From NCBI GenBank assembly GCA_964390385.1, contig CAYMJH010000005.1:1-44043 (forward strand): 44,043 bases of DNA, in the 5' to 3' direction. The position numbers and the translations under genes are program-made. Position 1 is the stretch's first letter; every line of letters begins with the position of its first letter. The DNA comes from an uncultured Bacteroidales bacterium (GTDB lineage: Bacteria; Bacteroidota; Bacteroidia; Bacteroidales; UBA10428). Below the pieces are notes generated by a model. The model did no database searches and had not been told where the DNA came from. It saw only the letters and a list, made by a program, of their open reading frames with translations. Positions 17,628-27,366 of the stretch are shown here, piece after piece.

Positions 17628-18203
17628 TTAGAATCGTGTCACCCCGCCTGTCATGGCGAATTTCATGACTTCGCCGGGCGGAAGGTCGAGCGGCCTGACG
17701 TGTTCCCTGGGAACGATGAACATTTCACCCGACCAGTTATAGGAATGGGGGAAGAGCACGGTCACCTTGTCCTTGATCCCCAGGTCAGACAGGTCCTCTG
17801 AGGTGATGAATCCCACTTTTTCGAGTTCCGAAACCAGGTTAACCTTCACCAGTACGGGCCTGGTGAATTTCTTCTTCTCGCCCACGAACGCATTGAAGAA
17901 ATCGGTGAGCGCGGAATAGAGCATCTTAACGATGGGAGCCTTTTCAAATAACCTGTTGATGAAGTTGCCGATGGGTTTGAACAGGATTGACTGGCCGATC
18001 CAACCCAGCAGGGCAATCACGGTAAAGGTGATAAGCAGTCCGATACCCGGTATCTGAACGTGGAAGATGCTGTTGACGTAGTTGCGCACAGGGCCGTCGA
18101 TCTTTTCAAACACCCAGTACAGGATAAAAATCGTAATGCCTGCCGGTGCAACCAGCAACAGGCCCTGAAGGAAGTAACGAAAGATCTTTTTCATAGAGAG
18201 CAT
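17628..18203 (-). CDS. DUF502 family membrane protein
   Basis: Two N-terminal TM helices (LLLVAPAGITIFILYWVF; GIGLLITFTVIALLGW) and a C-terminus ...P.SYNWSGEMFIVPREHV typical of DUF502. Confidence 0.75.
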   Translation of the reverse strand: MLSMKKIFRYFLQGLLLVAPAGITIFILYWVFEKIDGPVRNYVNSIFHVQIPGIGLLITFTVIALLGWIGQSILFKPIGNFINRLFEKAPIVKMLYSALTDFFNAFVGEKKKFTRPVLVKVNLVSELEKVGFITSEDLSDLGIKDKVTVLFPHSYNWSGEMFIVPREHVRPLDLPPGEVMKFAMTGGVTRF

Positions 18204-18392
18204 GGTATTTTTGTTTACGGTAATAAGCTGGTACTGATCATTGCGTTGTTGGCCAGATAAAGTTAGTATTAATGCGGATCAAGCGAAAGCAATATCGGCC
18301 AAATTTGCAGCCTTCATAATTATTTACAGGGTACCGGGAACGGGGAGCCTGTGCCTGAGCGGCGCAGGGATTTTTAAGGCTATCCTTAATAG

Positions 18393-18427
18393 CCTGGCAG
18401 CGTCGTCAGACCTGCCGGGTTTTTTTT
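18393..18427 (+). terminator. strong plus-strand intrinsic terminator with no upstream plus-strand gene
   Basis: cctggcagcgtc-gtca-gacctgccggg stem (about 10 bp with one bulge, tetraloop) followed by T8. Both neighbouring genes are on the minus strand. Confidence 0.6.
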
Positions 18428-18449
18428 CTGTACACCGGGGCAGGAACGT

Positions 18450-18800
18450 TTAAAAAGCATCGATAATATGATCAACAGACTGGTATCCGGGTCTTAATAT
18501 GACGGAGACCACGTCAAAACGTATATCGACATCCAGTTGCCTGAAACTGACAAAGGCTTCGGCTGCCAGGGTCATGAATTGCCGTTTCCTGCCGTCAACC
18601 GCTTCTTCGGGCGCACCGAACCAGTCGCTGCTGCGGGTTTTGACTTCAACAAAAACCAGGTCCTGGCCGTCCCGTGCTATAATGTCCACCTCTTTGTGAT
18701 GGAACCTCCAGTTTTTTTCCACCAGGGTATAGCCCTTATTCAGCAGGTACTGAAGGGCAATGTCCTCTCCCTTTTTTCCAAGGGCTGAACGGTTATTCAT
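18450..18800 (-). CDS. yraN: YraN family (UPF0102) endonuclease-like protein
   Basis: GKKGEDIALQYLLNKGYTLVEKNWR...EVDIIARDGQDLVFVEVKTR. Confidence 0.9.
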   Translation of the reverse strand: MNNRSALGKKGEDIALQYLLNKGYTLVEKNWRFHHKEVDIIARDGQDLVFVEVKTRSSDWFGAPEEAVDGRKRQFMTLAAEAFVSFRQLDVDIRFDVVSVILRPGYQSVDHIIDAF

Positions 18801-18830
18801 ATATACTTTGCAAAGGCCTTCCGGCCGGTG

Positions 18831-19754
18831 TTATTCAAAAAGCAGCCTGCCTTTACCGGTGCCGACCTGCAGGGTCACCTCCCTTCCCAGGATCAGGGCC
18901 ATGTTAGGTCGTATATGTCCGGCGGGAAAACCGAACATGACCGGGTAATCATATTCTTCTACGGCTTCGCGGATGACATCGTTGGCCGTTTTCCGGAACC
19001 CGGACACGGAGACTTTCATGCCTGTCATGCCTCCGACTATAAGTCCCTTCAGCGCTTTCAGCTTTCCTCCGGTCTTCAGGTTCATGATCATGCGGTCGAT
19101 ATGATAAAGGTATTCCCCGACGTCTTCGATAAACAGAATCTTTCCGGCCGTGTCAATATCATGCTTTGTTCCGCGCATACTGTACAGTACTGATAAATTG
19201 CCGCCGACCAGCGTGCCGGAGGCTTCTCCCATGCGGTTTTGACGGACCGGCTTCACGGTGTACCCGTTGAGTTGGCCAAACATGGCCTTTTTAAGCGATT
19301 CCAGCGAGGAAAGATCTTTTTTCCCGGCCTGGATATGCCGGGGCATAATGGCATGCAGGCTTTCGGTATTCAGGGTTTTCTGGATCATGGCATGCAATAC
19401 GGTAACGTCACTGCATCCGATGACCCACTTAGGAAATTCACTGAAACGCGAGTAATCAAGTTTATCGACAATACGGATGGACCCGTATCCGCCCCTGGCA
19501 CAAAGGATGGCTTTAATGCCGGGATCATCGATCATCTGTTGAAAATCGGAAGCCCGTTGCTCATCATTCCCGGCAAACGAATTTTTCCGGCGGTAGAGGT
19601 TCTTGCCCATGGCAGCTTTCAGCCCCCATGAATCGAGAACGGACAGGAACTGCGAAAGCTCTTCGGCCTTCACGTAGCTTGCCGGTGCAACAATGCCCAC
19701 AGTGTCGCCCTTTTTCAACCAGGGAGGTGTGATCATACCGATTGAATTACTCAC
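18831..19754 (-). CDS. LD-carboxypeptidase (peptidase S66, LdcA-like)
   Basis: LKKGDTVGIVAPAS...AILCARGGYGS...GCSDVTVLH...FGFPAGH pattern. Confidence 0.85.
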   Translation of the reverse strand: MSNSIGMITPPWLKKGDTVGIVAPASYVKAEELSQFLSVLDSWGLKAAMGKNLYRRKNSFAGNDEQRASDFQQMIDDPGIKAILCARGGYGSIRIVDKLDYSRFSEFPKWVIGCSDVTVLHAMIQKTLNTESLHAIMPRHIQAGKKDLSSLESLKKAMFGQLNGYTVKPVRQNRMGEASGTLVGGNLSVLYSMRGTKHDIDTAGKILFIEDVGEYLYHIDRMIMNLKTGGKLKALKGLIVGGMTGMKVSVSGFRKTANDVIREAVEEYDYPVMFGFPAGHIRPNMALILGREVTLQVGTGKGRLLFE

Positions 19755-19971
19755 CCTAAAACTACCACAAAAAATTGTTATTTTTTACACCACCAAAGCA
19801 CAAAAACACGAAAAGAATACAGCCATTAGGTCTGCTTTGACCGATTGAATAATCAACCTGTTTAGTGCTTTTGTGTTTTTGTGGTTTGATGCTTTATTTT
19901 TACCGGTGGTCTCAGGTAAGCATGTTTTCAATATCTTTGTTGCTTTAACAAAGCCGGAATCCTTATATATC

Positions 19972-22011
19972 ATGCAAAAAAAATACAGGCGTCATCTTAT
20001 TACGGCGGCATTGCCCTATGCAAACGGGCCGGTTCATATCGGTCATCTCGCCGGGGTATATGTTCCTGCCGACATTTATGTCCGTTATCTTCGGATGAAA
20101 GGCGAAGATGTGATCTTCATCTGCGGCTCGGATGAGCACGGGGTGCCCATCACCATCAAAGCCCGGCAGGAGAAAGTCAGTCCACAGGACATCGTGGATA
20201 AATATCATGCCATCATCAAAAAGTCATTCGAGGAATTTGGCATTTCCTTCAGCATTTATTCACGCACCACATCGAAGGTACACTATCAGACAGCCTCCGA
20301 TTTTTTCAGCACCTTGTACAAAGGAGGCGAATTCATTGAGAAGACTTCCAGCCAGTATTATGACGAAGAGGTTAAGCAGTTCCTGGCCGACCGGTATATC
20401 ACCGGAACCTGTCCCCATTGCGGGAATGATTCAGCTTACGGAGATCAATGCGAGCGGTGCGGTACATCGCTTAACGCTACCGACCTGGTCAATCCCAGGT
20501 CGATGCTGAGCGGCAGCAAGCCGGTGATGAAAGACACTTTTCATTGGTTCCTGCCGCTGGACAGGCATGAAAAGGCCTTACGGAAGTGGATACTGGAGGA
20601 GCATAAAGACTGGAAGCCGAATGTATACGGACAATGCAAGTCGTGGCTTGATGCCGGCCTTCAGCCCCGCGCGGTCAGCCGCGATCTCGACTGGGGCATA
20701 CCGGTGCCGGTGGAAGGGGCGGAAGGAAAAGTACTGTACGTATGGTTTGATGCCCCCATAGGCTATATTTCGGCCACCCGGGAATTGCTTCCCGATGACT
20801 GGGAGAAATACTGGAAGCAGGATGATACCCGCCTGATCCATTTCATCGGCAAGGACAATATCGTATTTCACTGCATCATTTTCCCGGTGATGCTGAAAAC
20901 CCACGGGGAATACGTACTTCCCGACAACGTACCGGCCAATGAGTTCCTGAACCTCGAAGGGGATAAGATTTCGACTTCCCGCAACTGGGCGGTATGGCTT
21001 CATGAATACCTTGAGGAATTCAAGGGCAAGCAGGATGTGCTTCGGTATGTGCTTTGCGCCACCATGCCGGAGGCCAGGGACAATGATTTCACCTGGAAGG
21101 ATTTCCAGGCGCGCAACAACAACGAACTGGTAGCCATCCTGGGCAATTTCGTAAACCGTACCCTGGTGCTGACTCAGAAATACTTTGACGGTCGGGTGCC
21201 GGAACCCGGTATCATGCATGACGCCGACCAGCAGACCCTCGATGAGATAGGAAAGATTAAGCAGGCCGTTGAGGATAACCTCGATAATTTCCGATTCAGG
21301 GAAGCCCTGAAGGCAGGGATGGACCTGGCACGGCTGGGCAACAAGTACCTGGCCGATACCGAACCCTGGAAACTGATCAAAACCGATGCGGCGCGGGTCA
21401 TGACCATTCTGCACGTGTCGTTGCAGATTACGGCCAACCTGGTTATCATCATGGAGCCCTTCCTTCCGTTCACCTCGGCAAAACTGGCCGGTTACCTGAA
21501 CCTGAAGGGGCTGAGCTGGAAGGACGCCGGCAGCCTGTCGCTGCTGAAAGCAGGAGATGCCTTGAAAGAGCCCGGATTGCTGTTTGAGAAGATCGAGGAT
21601 GAGGCTGTGGAAAAACAACTGCAGAAACTGCAGAAAACCAAGGAGAGCAATGCGGGATTAAAGCCTGCCGCGAAGCCACAGAAGCCGGCCGTTACCTATG
21701 ATAATTTTGCCGCCATGGACATCCGTACGGCAACCGTGATCGAAGCCGTAAAGGTACCGAAAACCGATAAACTGATGCAGCTGAGGCTGGACACCGGCAT
21801 GGATGAACGTACCGTTGTTTCAGGTATTGCCGGGTTTTTCAGTCCCGAAGACCTGGCGGGCAAACAGGTATGCCTGCTGGCCAACCTGGAACCCCGGGTG
21901 ATCAAAGGAATCACCTCTCACGGTATGATACTGCTGGCCGAGAACGCTGACGGAAAGCTGGTGCTGGTAACACCCACGCAGGGAGTTAACAACGGCTCGG
22001 AAGTGAAATGA
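19972..22011 (+). CDS. metG: methionine--tRNA ligase with C-terminal tRNA-binding (Trbp111-like) domain
   Basis: [16 protein letters not shown] (HIGH), zinc knuckle CPHCGN...CERCG, KISTSRN (KMSKS). The ATG at 19972 is preferred over the track start at 19873. Confidence 0.97.
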   Translation: MQKKYRRHLITAALPYANGPVHIGHLAGVYVPADIYVRYLRMKGEDVIFICGSDEHGVPITIKARQEKVSPQDIVDKYHAIIKKSFEEFGISFSIYSRTTSKVHYQTASDFFSTLYKGGEFIEKTSSQYYDEEVKQFLADRYITGTCPHCGNDSAYGDQCERCGTSLNATDLVNPRSMLSGSKPVMKDTFHWFLPLDRHEKALRKWILEEHKDWKPNVYGQCKSWLDAGLQPRAVSRDLDWGIPVPVEGAEGKVLYVWFDAPIGYISATRELLPDDWEKYWKQDDTRLIHFIGKDNIVFHCIIFPVMLKTHGEYVLPDNVPANEFLNLEGDKISTSRNWAVWLHEYLEEFKGKQDVLRYVLCATMPEARDNDFTWKDFQARNNNELVAILGNFVNRTLVLTQKYFDGRVPEPGIMHDADQQTLDEIGKIKQAVEDNLDNFRFREALKAGMDLARLGNKYLADTEPWKLIKTDAARVMTILHVSLQITANLVIIMEPFLPFTSAKLAGYLNLKGLSWKDAGSLSLLKAGDALKEPGLLFEKIEDEAVEKQLQKLQKTKESNAGLKPAAKPQKPAVTYDNFAAMDIRTATVIEAVKVPKTDKLMQLRLDTGMDERTVVSGIAGFFSPEDLAGKQVCLLANLEPRVIKGITSHGMILLAENADGKLVLVTPTQGVNNGSEVK

Positions 22012-22043
22012 AATTTGAAAATTTGAAGATTTGAAGATTTGAA
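22012..22043 (+). repeat. tandem octamer array (AATTTGAA x2, GATTTGAA x2)
   Basis: Starts on the base after the metG stop codon. Confidence 0.9.
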
Positions 22044-22108
22044 AGCCTTCCGGCAGGCAGGTTTGAAGGTCAGATTACGATGACATGGGTAGCAGATTGG
22101 GTATTTCT

Positions 22109-22136
22109 CCTTGTCCCTTGTCCCTTGTCCCTTCTT
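22109..22136 (+). repeat. tandem heptamer array CCTTGTC x3 plus CCTTCTT
   Basis: Ends 1 nt before the stop codon of the minus-strand SPOR gene. Confidence 0.9.
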
Positions 22137-22137
22137 C

Positions 22138-23274
22138 TTACCTTCTCATCACCCAAAGCGGAAGATCCAGTTCCTGTTTCAGCTTCCGCATTTCCGCCAT
22201 GGCTGTTTCCCTGGAATCATAGGCCTGCAAGGCGACATAGAAGAAATCGTCGTTTTTGCGAATGATAAGGGGACTGTATCCTTTTTTCTCCAGCTGGTTC
22301 TTCTGACGGTCGGCATTGCCGGGAATCAGGAAGCTTCCTGCGATGATGTGGAATTCACCTCCCGGCGTCTGCGCAGCTTCAGTGACCGCAGGTTCTGTTA
22401 AAACTGCCGGAGGTGCTGCCTGTGAAACAGCGGGCCGGAATTCAGCCTGTGTCTCCGTCATTTTTGCCGGTTCTTCATAGTATAACGCTTTTTCCTTGGA
22501 TGACTGTTCCGCCAGCCTTTGGTCGATGTCACCTGCAACCAGGCTATCATCAGAAGCATCCGCCGGCTCGGTAACAATCCTGTCGGGATTTTCTTCGCTG
22601 ATCATGGTGACAGGCTCGGCTTTAATAAACAAGGGTTTCAGGTATTGGTCAAAGAGACCGGTGAAATAAACCAGACCTGCGCCAAGCAGCACCAGGGCAG
22701 CGATAACGGCGGCCAGGGGGGGCCTGAAACGCCTTTTGGCGACAGGGTGAACAACCGGGGGGGGAAGGTTTCTCCGGGGTATTTCCGTTGCCGGCCTGGG
22801 TGGGGCGGGGATTTCCACTTCCGGCAGGCCGAAGGACTGAATCCGGAAATTCCGGCCTGAAAGGGGTTTAAATGCAAGATTTCCGCTGCTGTCCTTCATC
22901 AGGGTCCCGACCTCATCGATCAATGCCATGCCTTTTTCCTGGAGGCTCCTTTTAAGGCCCGCTAAATATTCATCCACAACCAGCCTTGCCTCTTCTTCCT
23001 CCATATTGTTTTTTGTGGCCACGCGTGATATGAGCAGACCGTTATCGGTAACCATGTGGCTGTCGAAAACGATTTCCATGGAAGGGGGATTGAACAGGTT
23101 GGAACTTTTCTGTATTTCAGCCGGGTGGTAGCGTGTGACAAAGCCTCCCAGCCCGGGAAGAATGAGTCCTTCATGATACAATATCAGGTCTTTTATGTCC
23201 GGCGCGAGATTCACAACAGTTAAAATTGAGGAATAAATATACAAGTAACAAATGTAATAAAATCCTGAGGACAT
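22138..23274 (-). CDS. HU-like N-terminal domain / Pro-rich linker / TM / C-terminal SPOR domain protein
   Basis: LILPGLGGFVTRYHPAEI (HU-CCDC81-like), TM AAVIAALVLLGAGLVYF, and C-terminal FHIIAGSF...ADRQKNQLEKKGYSP...FYVALQAY SPOR pattern. The start codon is uncertain. Confidence 0.75.
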   Translation of the reverse strand: MSSGFYYICYLYIYSSILTVVNLAPDIKDLILYHEGLILPGLGGFVTRYHPAEIQKSSNLFNPPSMEIVFDSHMVTDNGLLISRVATKNNMEEEEARLVVDEYLAGLKRSLQEKGMALIDEVGTLMKDSSGNLAFKPLSGRNFRIQSFGLPEVEIPAPPRPATEIPRRNLPPPVVHPVAKRRFRPPLAAVIAALVLLGAGLVYFTGLFDQYLKPLFIKAEPVTMISEENPDRIVTEPADASDDSLVAGDIDQRLAEQSSKEKALYYEEPAKMTETQAEFRPAVSQAAPPAVLTEPAVTEAAQTPGGEFHIIAGSFLIPGNADRQKNQLEKKGYSPLIIRKNDDFFYVALQAYDSRETAMAEMRKLKQELDLPLWVMRR

Positions 23275-23411
23275 TAATTTTTTAAACAGGGATCATTGTT
23301 TTTATCAACCTCATTAAGCGATCAGATATTTTCATTATCCTGTTCCTTTCATTATCTTCGCAGCGTTAATGATCAGTCCGTTCAATCCGATTAAACTCAA
23401 AGCCGAAGGTT

Positions 23412-24542
23412 ATGAACAAGATTCATATGGTTGACCTCCAGGGGCAGTATCATAAAATAAAATCTGAGATCGATGGTGCCATCGGGCGGATTATTGAGTC
23501 GGCCTCCTTTGTGAAGGGGCCCGAGGTAAAGGAATTTGAAAGGGAGCTGGCCCGTTATCTTGGCGCAGGCCATGTCATTGCCTGTGCCAACGGGACGGAT
23601 GCCCTGCAGGTAGCCCTGATGGCACTGGACCTTAAACCGGGTGATGAAGTGATCACGCCCGATTTCACCTTTATTGCCACCGTTGAAGTGATTGCATTGC
23701 TGGGTTTGAAACCGGTACTGGTGGATGTCAATCCCGACGATTTCACCCTCGGGCTGGAATCGTTAAAAAAGGCCATAACCCCGAGAACCCGTGTTATCAT
23801 CCCGGTGCACCTGTTCGGGCAGTGTTCCAACATGCAGGAGATAATGGACCTGGCCAGGGAAAACCATTTGTATGTTGTTGAGGATAATGCCCAGGCCATC
23901 GGATCAGATTACCGGTTCAGCGATGGTGTTGTCAAAAAGGCAGGCACTATTGGGGATATCGGATGTACCTCCTTTTTTCCTTCGAAGAACCTGGGATGCT
24001 TTGGTGACGGAGGTGCCCTGATTACGCACGACGACAGGCTGGCAGACAGGCTTGCAACAATAATCAACCACGGTATGAAGGTGAGGTATTACCATGACAT
24101 GATAGGCGTCAACTCCCGCCTCGACACATTGCAGGCAGCCATTCTCAGGGTGAAGCTGAAATATCTCGATGATTACATCAGGGCCAGGCAGCAGGCCGCG
24201 GCTTTTTACGACAATGCCTTTAAAGCTTTGAACGGGGTGATCATTCCCTTCCGGAATCCTTTCAGCACCCATGTCTTTCACCAGTACACCATCAGGATGC
24301 GCAGCCTGAGCCGCGACAAGCTGAGAGAACACCTGGAATCCAAAGGCATCCCTGCCATGGTGTATTATCCTGTTCCCCTGCACCGGCAAAAGGCATTTCA
24401 ATATCTGGGACTGCAGGACAAGGATTTCCCGGTCACCGAGGACCTGTGCAGTACAGTATTGTCGTTGCCCATGCACACCGAACTCGATAACGGACAGCTG
24501 CAATATATAACCGACCAGGTAACAAGTTTTATCAATTCCTGA
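23412..24542 (+). CDS. DegT/DnrJ/EryC1/StrS family sugar aminotransferase (WbpE-like)
   Basis: FVKGPEVKEFE...ANGTDAL...DNAQAIGS...SFFPSKNLGCFGDGGA (PLP lysine context). Confidence 0.9.
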   Translation: MNKIHMVDLQGQYHKIKSEIDGAIGRIIESASFVKGPEVKEFERELARYLGAGHVIACANGTDALQVALMALDLKPGDEVITPDFTFIATVEVIALLGLKPVLVDVNPDDFTLGLESLKKAITPRTRVIIPVHLFGQCSNMQEIMDLARENHLYVVEDNAQAIGSDYRFSDGVVKKAGTIGDIGCTSFFPSKNLGCFGDGGALITHDDRLADRLATIINHGMKVRYYHDMIGVNSRLDTLQAAILRVKLKYLDDYIRARQQAAAFYDNAFKALNGVIIPFRNPFSTHVFHQYTIRMRSLSRDKLREHLESKGIPAMVYYPVPLHRQKAFQYLGLQDKDFPVTEDLCSTVLSLPMHTELDNGQLQYITDQVTSFINS

Positions 24543-24548
24543 TGAACC

Positions 24549-25124
24549 ATGGAAAAGCAATATTTCGCCCATGAGTCTGCTATCATCGATGCGGGTTGCA
24601 CGATAGGCAAGGACACCAAAATATGGCATTTCACGCATGTCATGCCCGATTGCGTCATCGGTGATCACTGCAACCTGGGACAAAATGTGGTGGTGATGCC
24701 CGGTGTGGTGCTGGGCAGCAATGTCAAGGTACAGAATAATGTGTCGCTTTATACCGGGGTGATCTGTGAGGACGATGTATTCCTGGGGCCTTCCATGGTG
24801 TTTACCAATGTAATCAACCCACGCAGCGCGGTTAACCGGAAGGAAGAATATAAAAAGACGCTGGTGGAGAAGGGAGCCACCATAGGCGCCAATGCCACCA
24901 TTGTCTGCGGTGTCAAAATCGGGCATTATGCCTTCATCGGCGCCGGGGCCGTTGTCACCAAAGATGTTGCTCCCTATTCCCTGGTGGTGGGAAATCCTGC
25001 CCGGCACCTGGGCTGGATGAGTGAATATGGACACCGCCTGAGTTTTGATGATAAGGGAATCGCCGAATGCCCCGAGAGCAAAGAAAAATACAGGCTTGAT
25101 CAGGGCAGGGTGGTCAAATTATAA
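24549..25124 (+). CDS. hexapeptide-repeat sugar N-acetyltransferase (WbpD/WlbB-like)
   Basis: [27 protein letters not shown]...NLGQNVVV...left-handed beta-helix repeats. Confidence 0.85.
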   Translation: MEKQYFAHESAIIDAGCTIGKDTKIWHFTHVMPDCVIGDHCNLGQNVVVMPGVVLGSNVKVQNNVSLYTGVICEDDVFLGPSMVFTNVINPRSAVNRKEEYKKTLVEKGATIGANATIVCGVKIGHYAFIGAGAVVTKDVAPYSLVVGNPARHLGWMSEYGHRLSFDDKGIAECPESKEKYRLDQGRVVKL

Positions 25125-25138
25125 CACACCATTGCATT

Positions 25139-26176
25139 ATGATGAAATCATTGGTTTTGGTAACCGGAGGGACCGGATATATCGGTTCGCATACTGCGGT
25201 TGAGCTTATCCAGGACGGATATGAAGTAGTTATCGTTGATAATCTTTCCAATTCGCAGATCGGGGCATTGGATGGTATTGAGTCCATCACCGGTGTCAGG
25301 CCTCATTTTGAGAATTTTGACCTGTGCAACCTTGAGCAGCTGAGACAATGCTGCGGGAAATACCCCGGACTCAAAGCCATCATTCATTTTGCAGCGTTGA
25401 AGGCTGTGGGCGAATCGGTTGAAAAGCCCCTCGATTATTACCACAACAATTTTGAATCCCTGATCAACCTGTTGCGGGTCATGGGAGAATTCAACATACC
25501 CAGCCTGGTATTTTCTTCGTCCTGCACCGTTTACGGTCAGCCCGACAGATTGCCGGTCACCGAAGACTCTCCCGTCAAAACAGCCAGCTCCCCTTATGGC
25601 AATACCAAACAGGTTTCTGAGGAGATCATCCGGGATGCCATACAGGCGAATCCGGCCATTAAATGCATATCCCTGCGGTATTTCAATCCGGTAGGTGCCC
25701 ATCCCTCAGCTCTTATCGGCGAGTTGCCGCTGGGAGTGCCGCTGAATCTGGTGCCTTACCTGACACAGACTGTGATCGGCGACCGGCCTGAACTCAGGGT
25801 CTGGGGCAGTGATTATGAAACACCTGACGGAACCGGCATACGTGATTACATCTATGTGGTTGACCTTGCGAAAGCCCATGTGGTGGCGATAGGGAGGCTC
25901 ATGGAAAGCCGGAACAAAAAGCCCTATGAAGTATATAACCTGGGTACCGGGAAGGGCTATTCCGTAATGGAAATTATCAGGACGTTTGAAAAGGCTACCG
26001 GTGAAAAGGTTAATTACAAGGTTTACCCCCGCAGGCCCGGCGACATTGCCATGGTCTGGGCCGACACCACATTGGCCAATACAGAACTGGGCTGGAAGGC
26101 CGGCACTTCGCTGGAGCAAACCCTTTTCACCGCCTGGAGCTGGGAGAAGGCCCTGCATCACAAAAAAAGAATGTAA
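25139..26176 (+). CDS. galE: UDP-glucose 4-epimerase
   Basis: VLVTGGTGYIGSH...SSSCTVYG...PYGNTK...LRYFNPVGAH. Confidence 0.93.
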   Translation: MMKSLVLVTGGTGYIGSHTAVELIQDGYEVVIVDNLSNSQIGALDGIESITGVRPHFENFDLCNLEQLRQCCGKYPGLKAIIHFAALKAVGESVEKPLDYYHNNFESLINLLRVMGEFNIPSLVFSSSCTVYGQPDRLPVTEDSPVKTASSPYGNTKQVSEEIIRDAIQANPAIKCISLRYFNPVGAHPSALIGELPLGVPLNLVPYLTQTVIGDRPELRVWGSDYETPDGTGIRDYIYVVDLAKAHVVAIGRLMESRNKKPYEVYNLGTGKGYSVMEIIRTFEKATGEKVNYKVYPRRPGDIAMVWADTTLANTELGWKAGTSLEQTLFTAWSWEKALHHKKRM

Positions 26177-26186
26177 TCCTGCCCGT

Positions 26187-27242
26187 ATGAAAAAGACCAT
26201 TCTGATCACAGGGGGCGCAGGTTTTATAGGCTCCCATGTCGTACGGCTTTTTGTCAGCAAGTACCCCGATTACCAGGTTGTCAACCTGGATAAGCTGACC
26301 TATGCCGGGAACCTTGAAAATCTGAAGGATATAGAATCAAAGCCGAATTACCGGTTTGTAAAAGCCGACATTATTGATGCCCTGGCCCTGCAACAGCTCT
26401 TCAGGGATTATGATTTCGACGGTGTCATCCACCTGGCAGCTGAATCGCATGTTGACAGGTCGATCACCAATCCCATGGAATTCATCCAGACCAACATCAT
26501 CGGCACTACCAATCTGCTGAACGCAGCCAGGATAGCCTGGAAGGACAAAACATCAGGCAGGGTTTTCTACCATATTTCCACCGATGAAGTGTATGGCTCG
26601 CTGGAGAAAGGAGGCTATTTTTCGGAGGAGACGGCTTATGACCCCAGGAGTCCCTATTCTGCTTCCAAGGCAGGATCGGACCACCTGGTAAGGGCTTATT
26701 ACAATACATACGGGCTTCCGGTCCTGCTTTCCAACTGTTCCAACAATTATGGTCCCAATCAGTTCCCTGAGAAGCTCATCCCGCTTGCGATCAATAACAT
26801 CCTCAACAGAAAAAGCATCCCGGTATACGGTAAGGGCGAAAACATACGCGACTGGCTTTTTGTGGAAGACCATGCCAGGGCCATCGATGTGATCTTTCAT
26901 CACGGCAGGATCGGAGAAACCTTTAATATTGGCGGCAATAACGAGTGGAAGAACATAGACCTGATCCGCATGCTTTGCAGGATCATGGATAGCAAACTGG
27001 GCAGGGCTGAAGGGGAATCGGAAAAGCTCATCACCTATGTTAAGGACAGGGCGGGGCATGATCTCCGTTACGCCATTGATGCCGGGAAGCTAAAAAGGGA
27101 TTTAGGATGGGAGCCTTCCCTTACCTTCGAGCAAGGCCTGGGCAAAACGGTCGACTGGTATCTTGAAAACAAGGAATGGCTGCAGCATGTGCTTACCGGT
27201 GACTATGAGAAGTATTATGAGCGGCAGTATGTGAAAAGGTAA
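26187..27242 (+). CDS. rfbB: dTDP-glucose 4,6-dehydratase
   Basis: MKKTILITGGAGFIGSH...DKLTYAGNLENL...STDEVYG...PYSASKA. The track ORF from 25986 is an upstream extension overlapping galE. Confidence 0.93.
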   Translation: MKKTILITGGAGFIGSHVVRLFVSKYPDYQVVNLDKLTYAGNLENLKDIESKPNYRFVKADIIDALALQQLFRDYDFDGVIHLAAESHVDRSITNPMEFIQTNIIGTTNLLNAARIAWKDKTSGRVFYHISTDEVYGSLEKGGYFSEETAYDPRSPYSASKAGSDHLVRAYYNTYGLPVLLSNCSNNYGPNQFPEKLIPLAINNILNRKSIPVYGKGENIRDWLFVEDHARAIDVIFHHGRIGETFNIGGNNEWKNIDLIRMLCRIMDSKLGRAEGESEKLITYVKDRAGHDLRYAIDAGKLKRDLGWEPSLTFEQGLGKTVDWYLENKEWLQHVLTGDYEKYYERQYVKR

Positions 27243-27243
27243 G

Positions 27244-27275
27244 AAGTGACAAGTGACAAGTGACAAGTGACGAGT
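27244..27275 (+). repeat. tandem heptamer array AAGTGAC x4 (+GAGT)
   Basis: Begins 2 nt after the rfbB stop. It is the reverse complement of the GTCACTn arrays at 27367-27394 and 16087-16114. Confidence 0.92.
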
Positions 27276-27366
27276 ATAAACCTTATTTAACTGAGATATG
27301 ATGATTTGTGATTAGGATATTTTCGAACACATTATTACCTGATGCTCTCGTCCCTTTCCTTTTCTT

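Noticed and set aside
18313-18360. Resemblance of auuuacaggguaccgggaacggggagcc to the 4.5S/SRP RNA domain IV region (UUUACCAGGUCAGGUCCGGAAGGAAGCAGCC)
   Set aside because: The conserved GGAAGCAGCC / AGCA symmetric-loop nucleotides are absent and the surrounding helix cannot be built. The similarity is probably coincidental, so the region is kept only as an unassigned sRNA candidate.
19755-19971. T-box or other leader riboswitch upstream of metG
   Set aside because: I recognised no specifier-loop or T-box consensus (AGGGUGGNACCGCG-like), and T-boxes are not expected in Bacteroidota. Only the A-rich inverted repeat is reported.
23904-25034. 376-aa minus-strand ORF spanning the aminotransferase and acyltransferase genes. 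Similar long antisense ORFs occur at 20578-21618, 12803-13447, 25148-26260, 26553-27059, 31393-31887, 32726-33271, 38647-39201 and 43559-44038.
   Set aside because: Each lies fully antisense to a gene with an unmistakable family signature (metG, cysE, galE, rfbB, tatD, gltX, ftsH and others). Their translations are low-complexity (H/G/R/P-rich) with no motifs, and one even crosses a gene boundary. These are shadow frames from codon bias, not overlapping genes.
25986-26186. 201-nt N-terminal extension of the rfbB ORF overlapping galE
   Set aside because: The extension translates to a Pro/Arg/Trp-rich sequence unlike any dehydratase. The canonical MKKTILITGGAGFIGSH start is at 26187, 11 nt after the galE stop.
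23412-27242. Nucleotide-sugar block (DegT-type aminotransferase, hexapeptide acetyltransferase, galE, rfbB) as a novel polysaccharide locus
   Set aside because: All four are common precursor-synthesis enzymes. No glycosyltransferase, flippase or polymerase is present in the window, so nothing here is unusual beyond the missing WbpA/WbpB-type partners, which may simply lie elsewhere.
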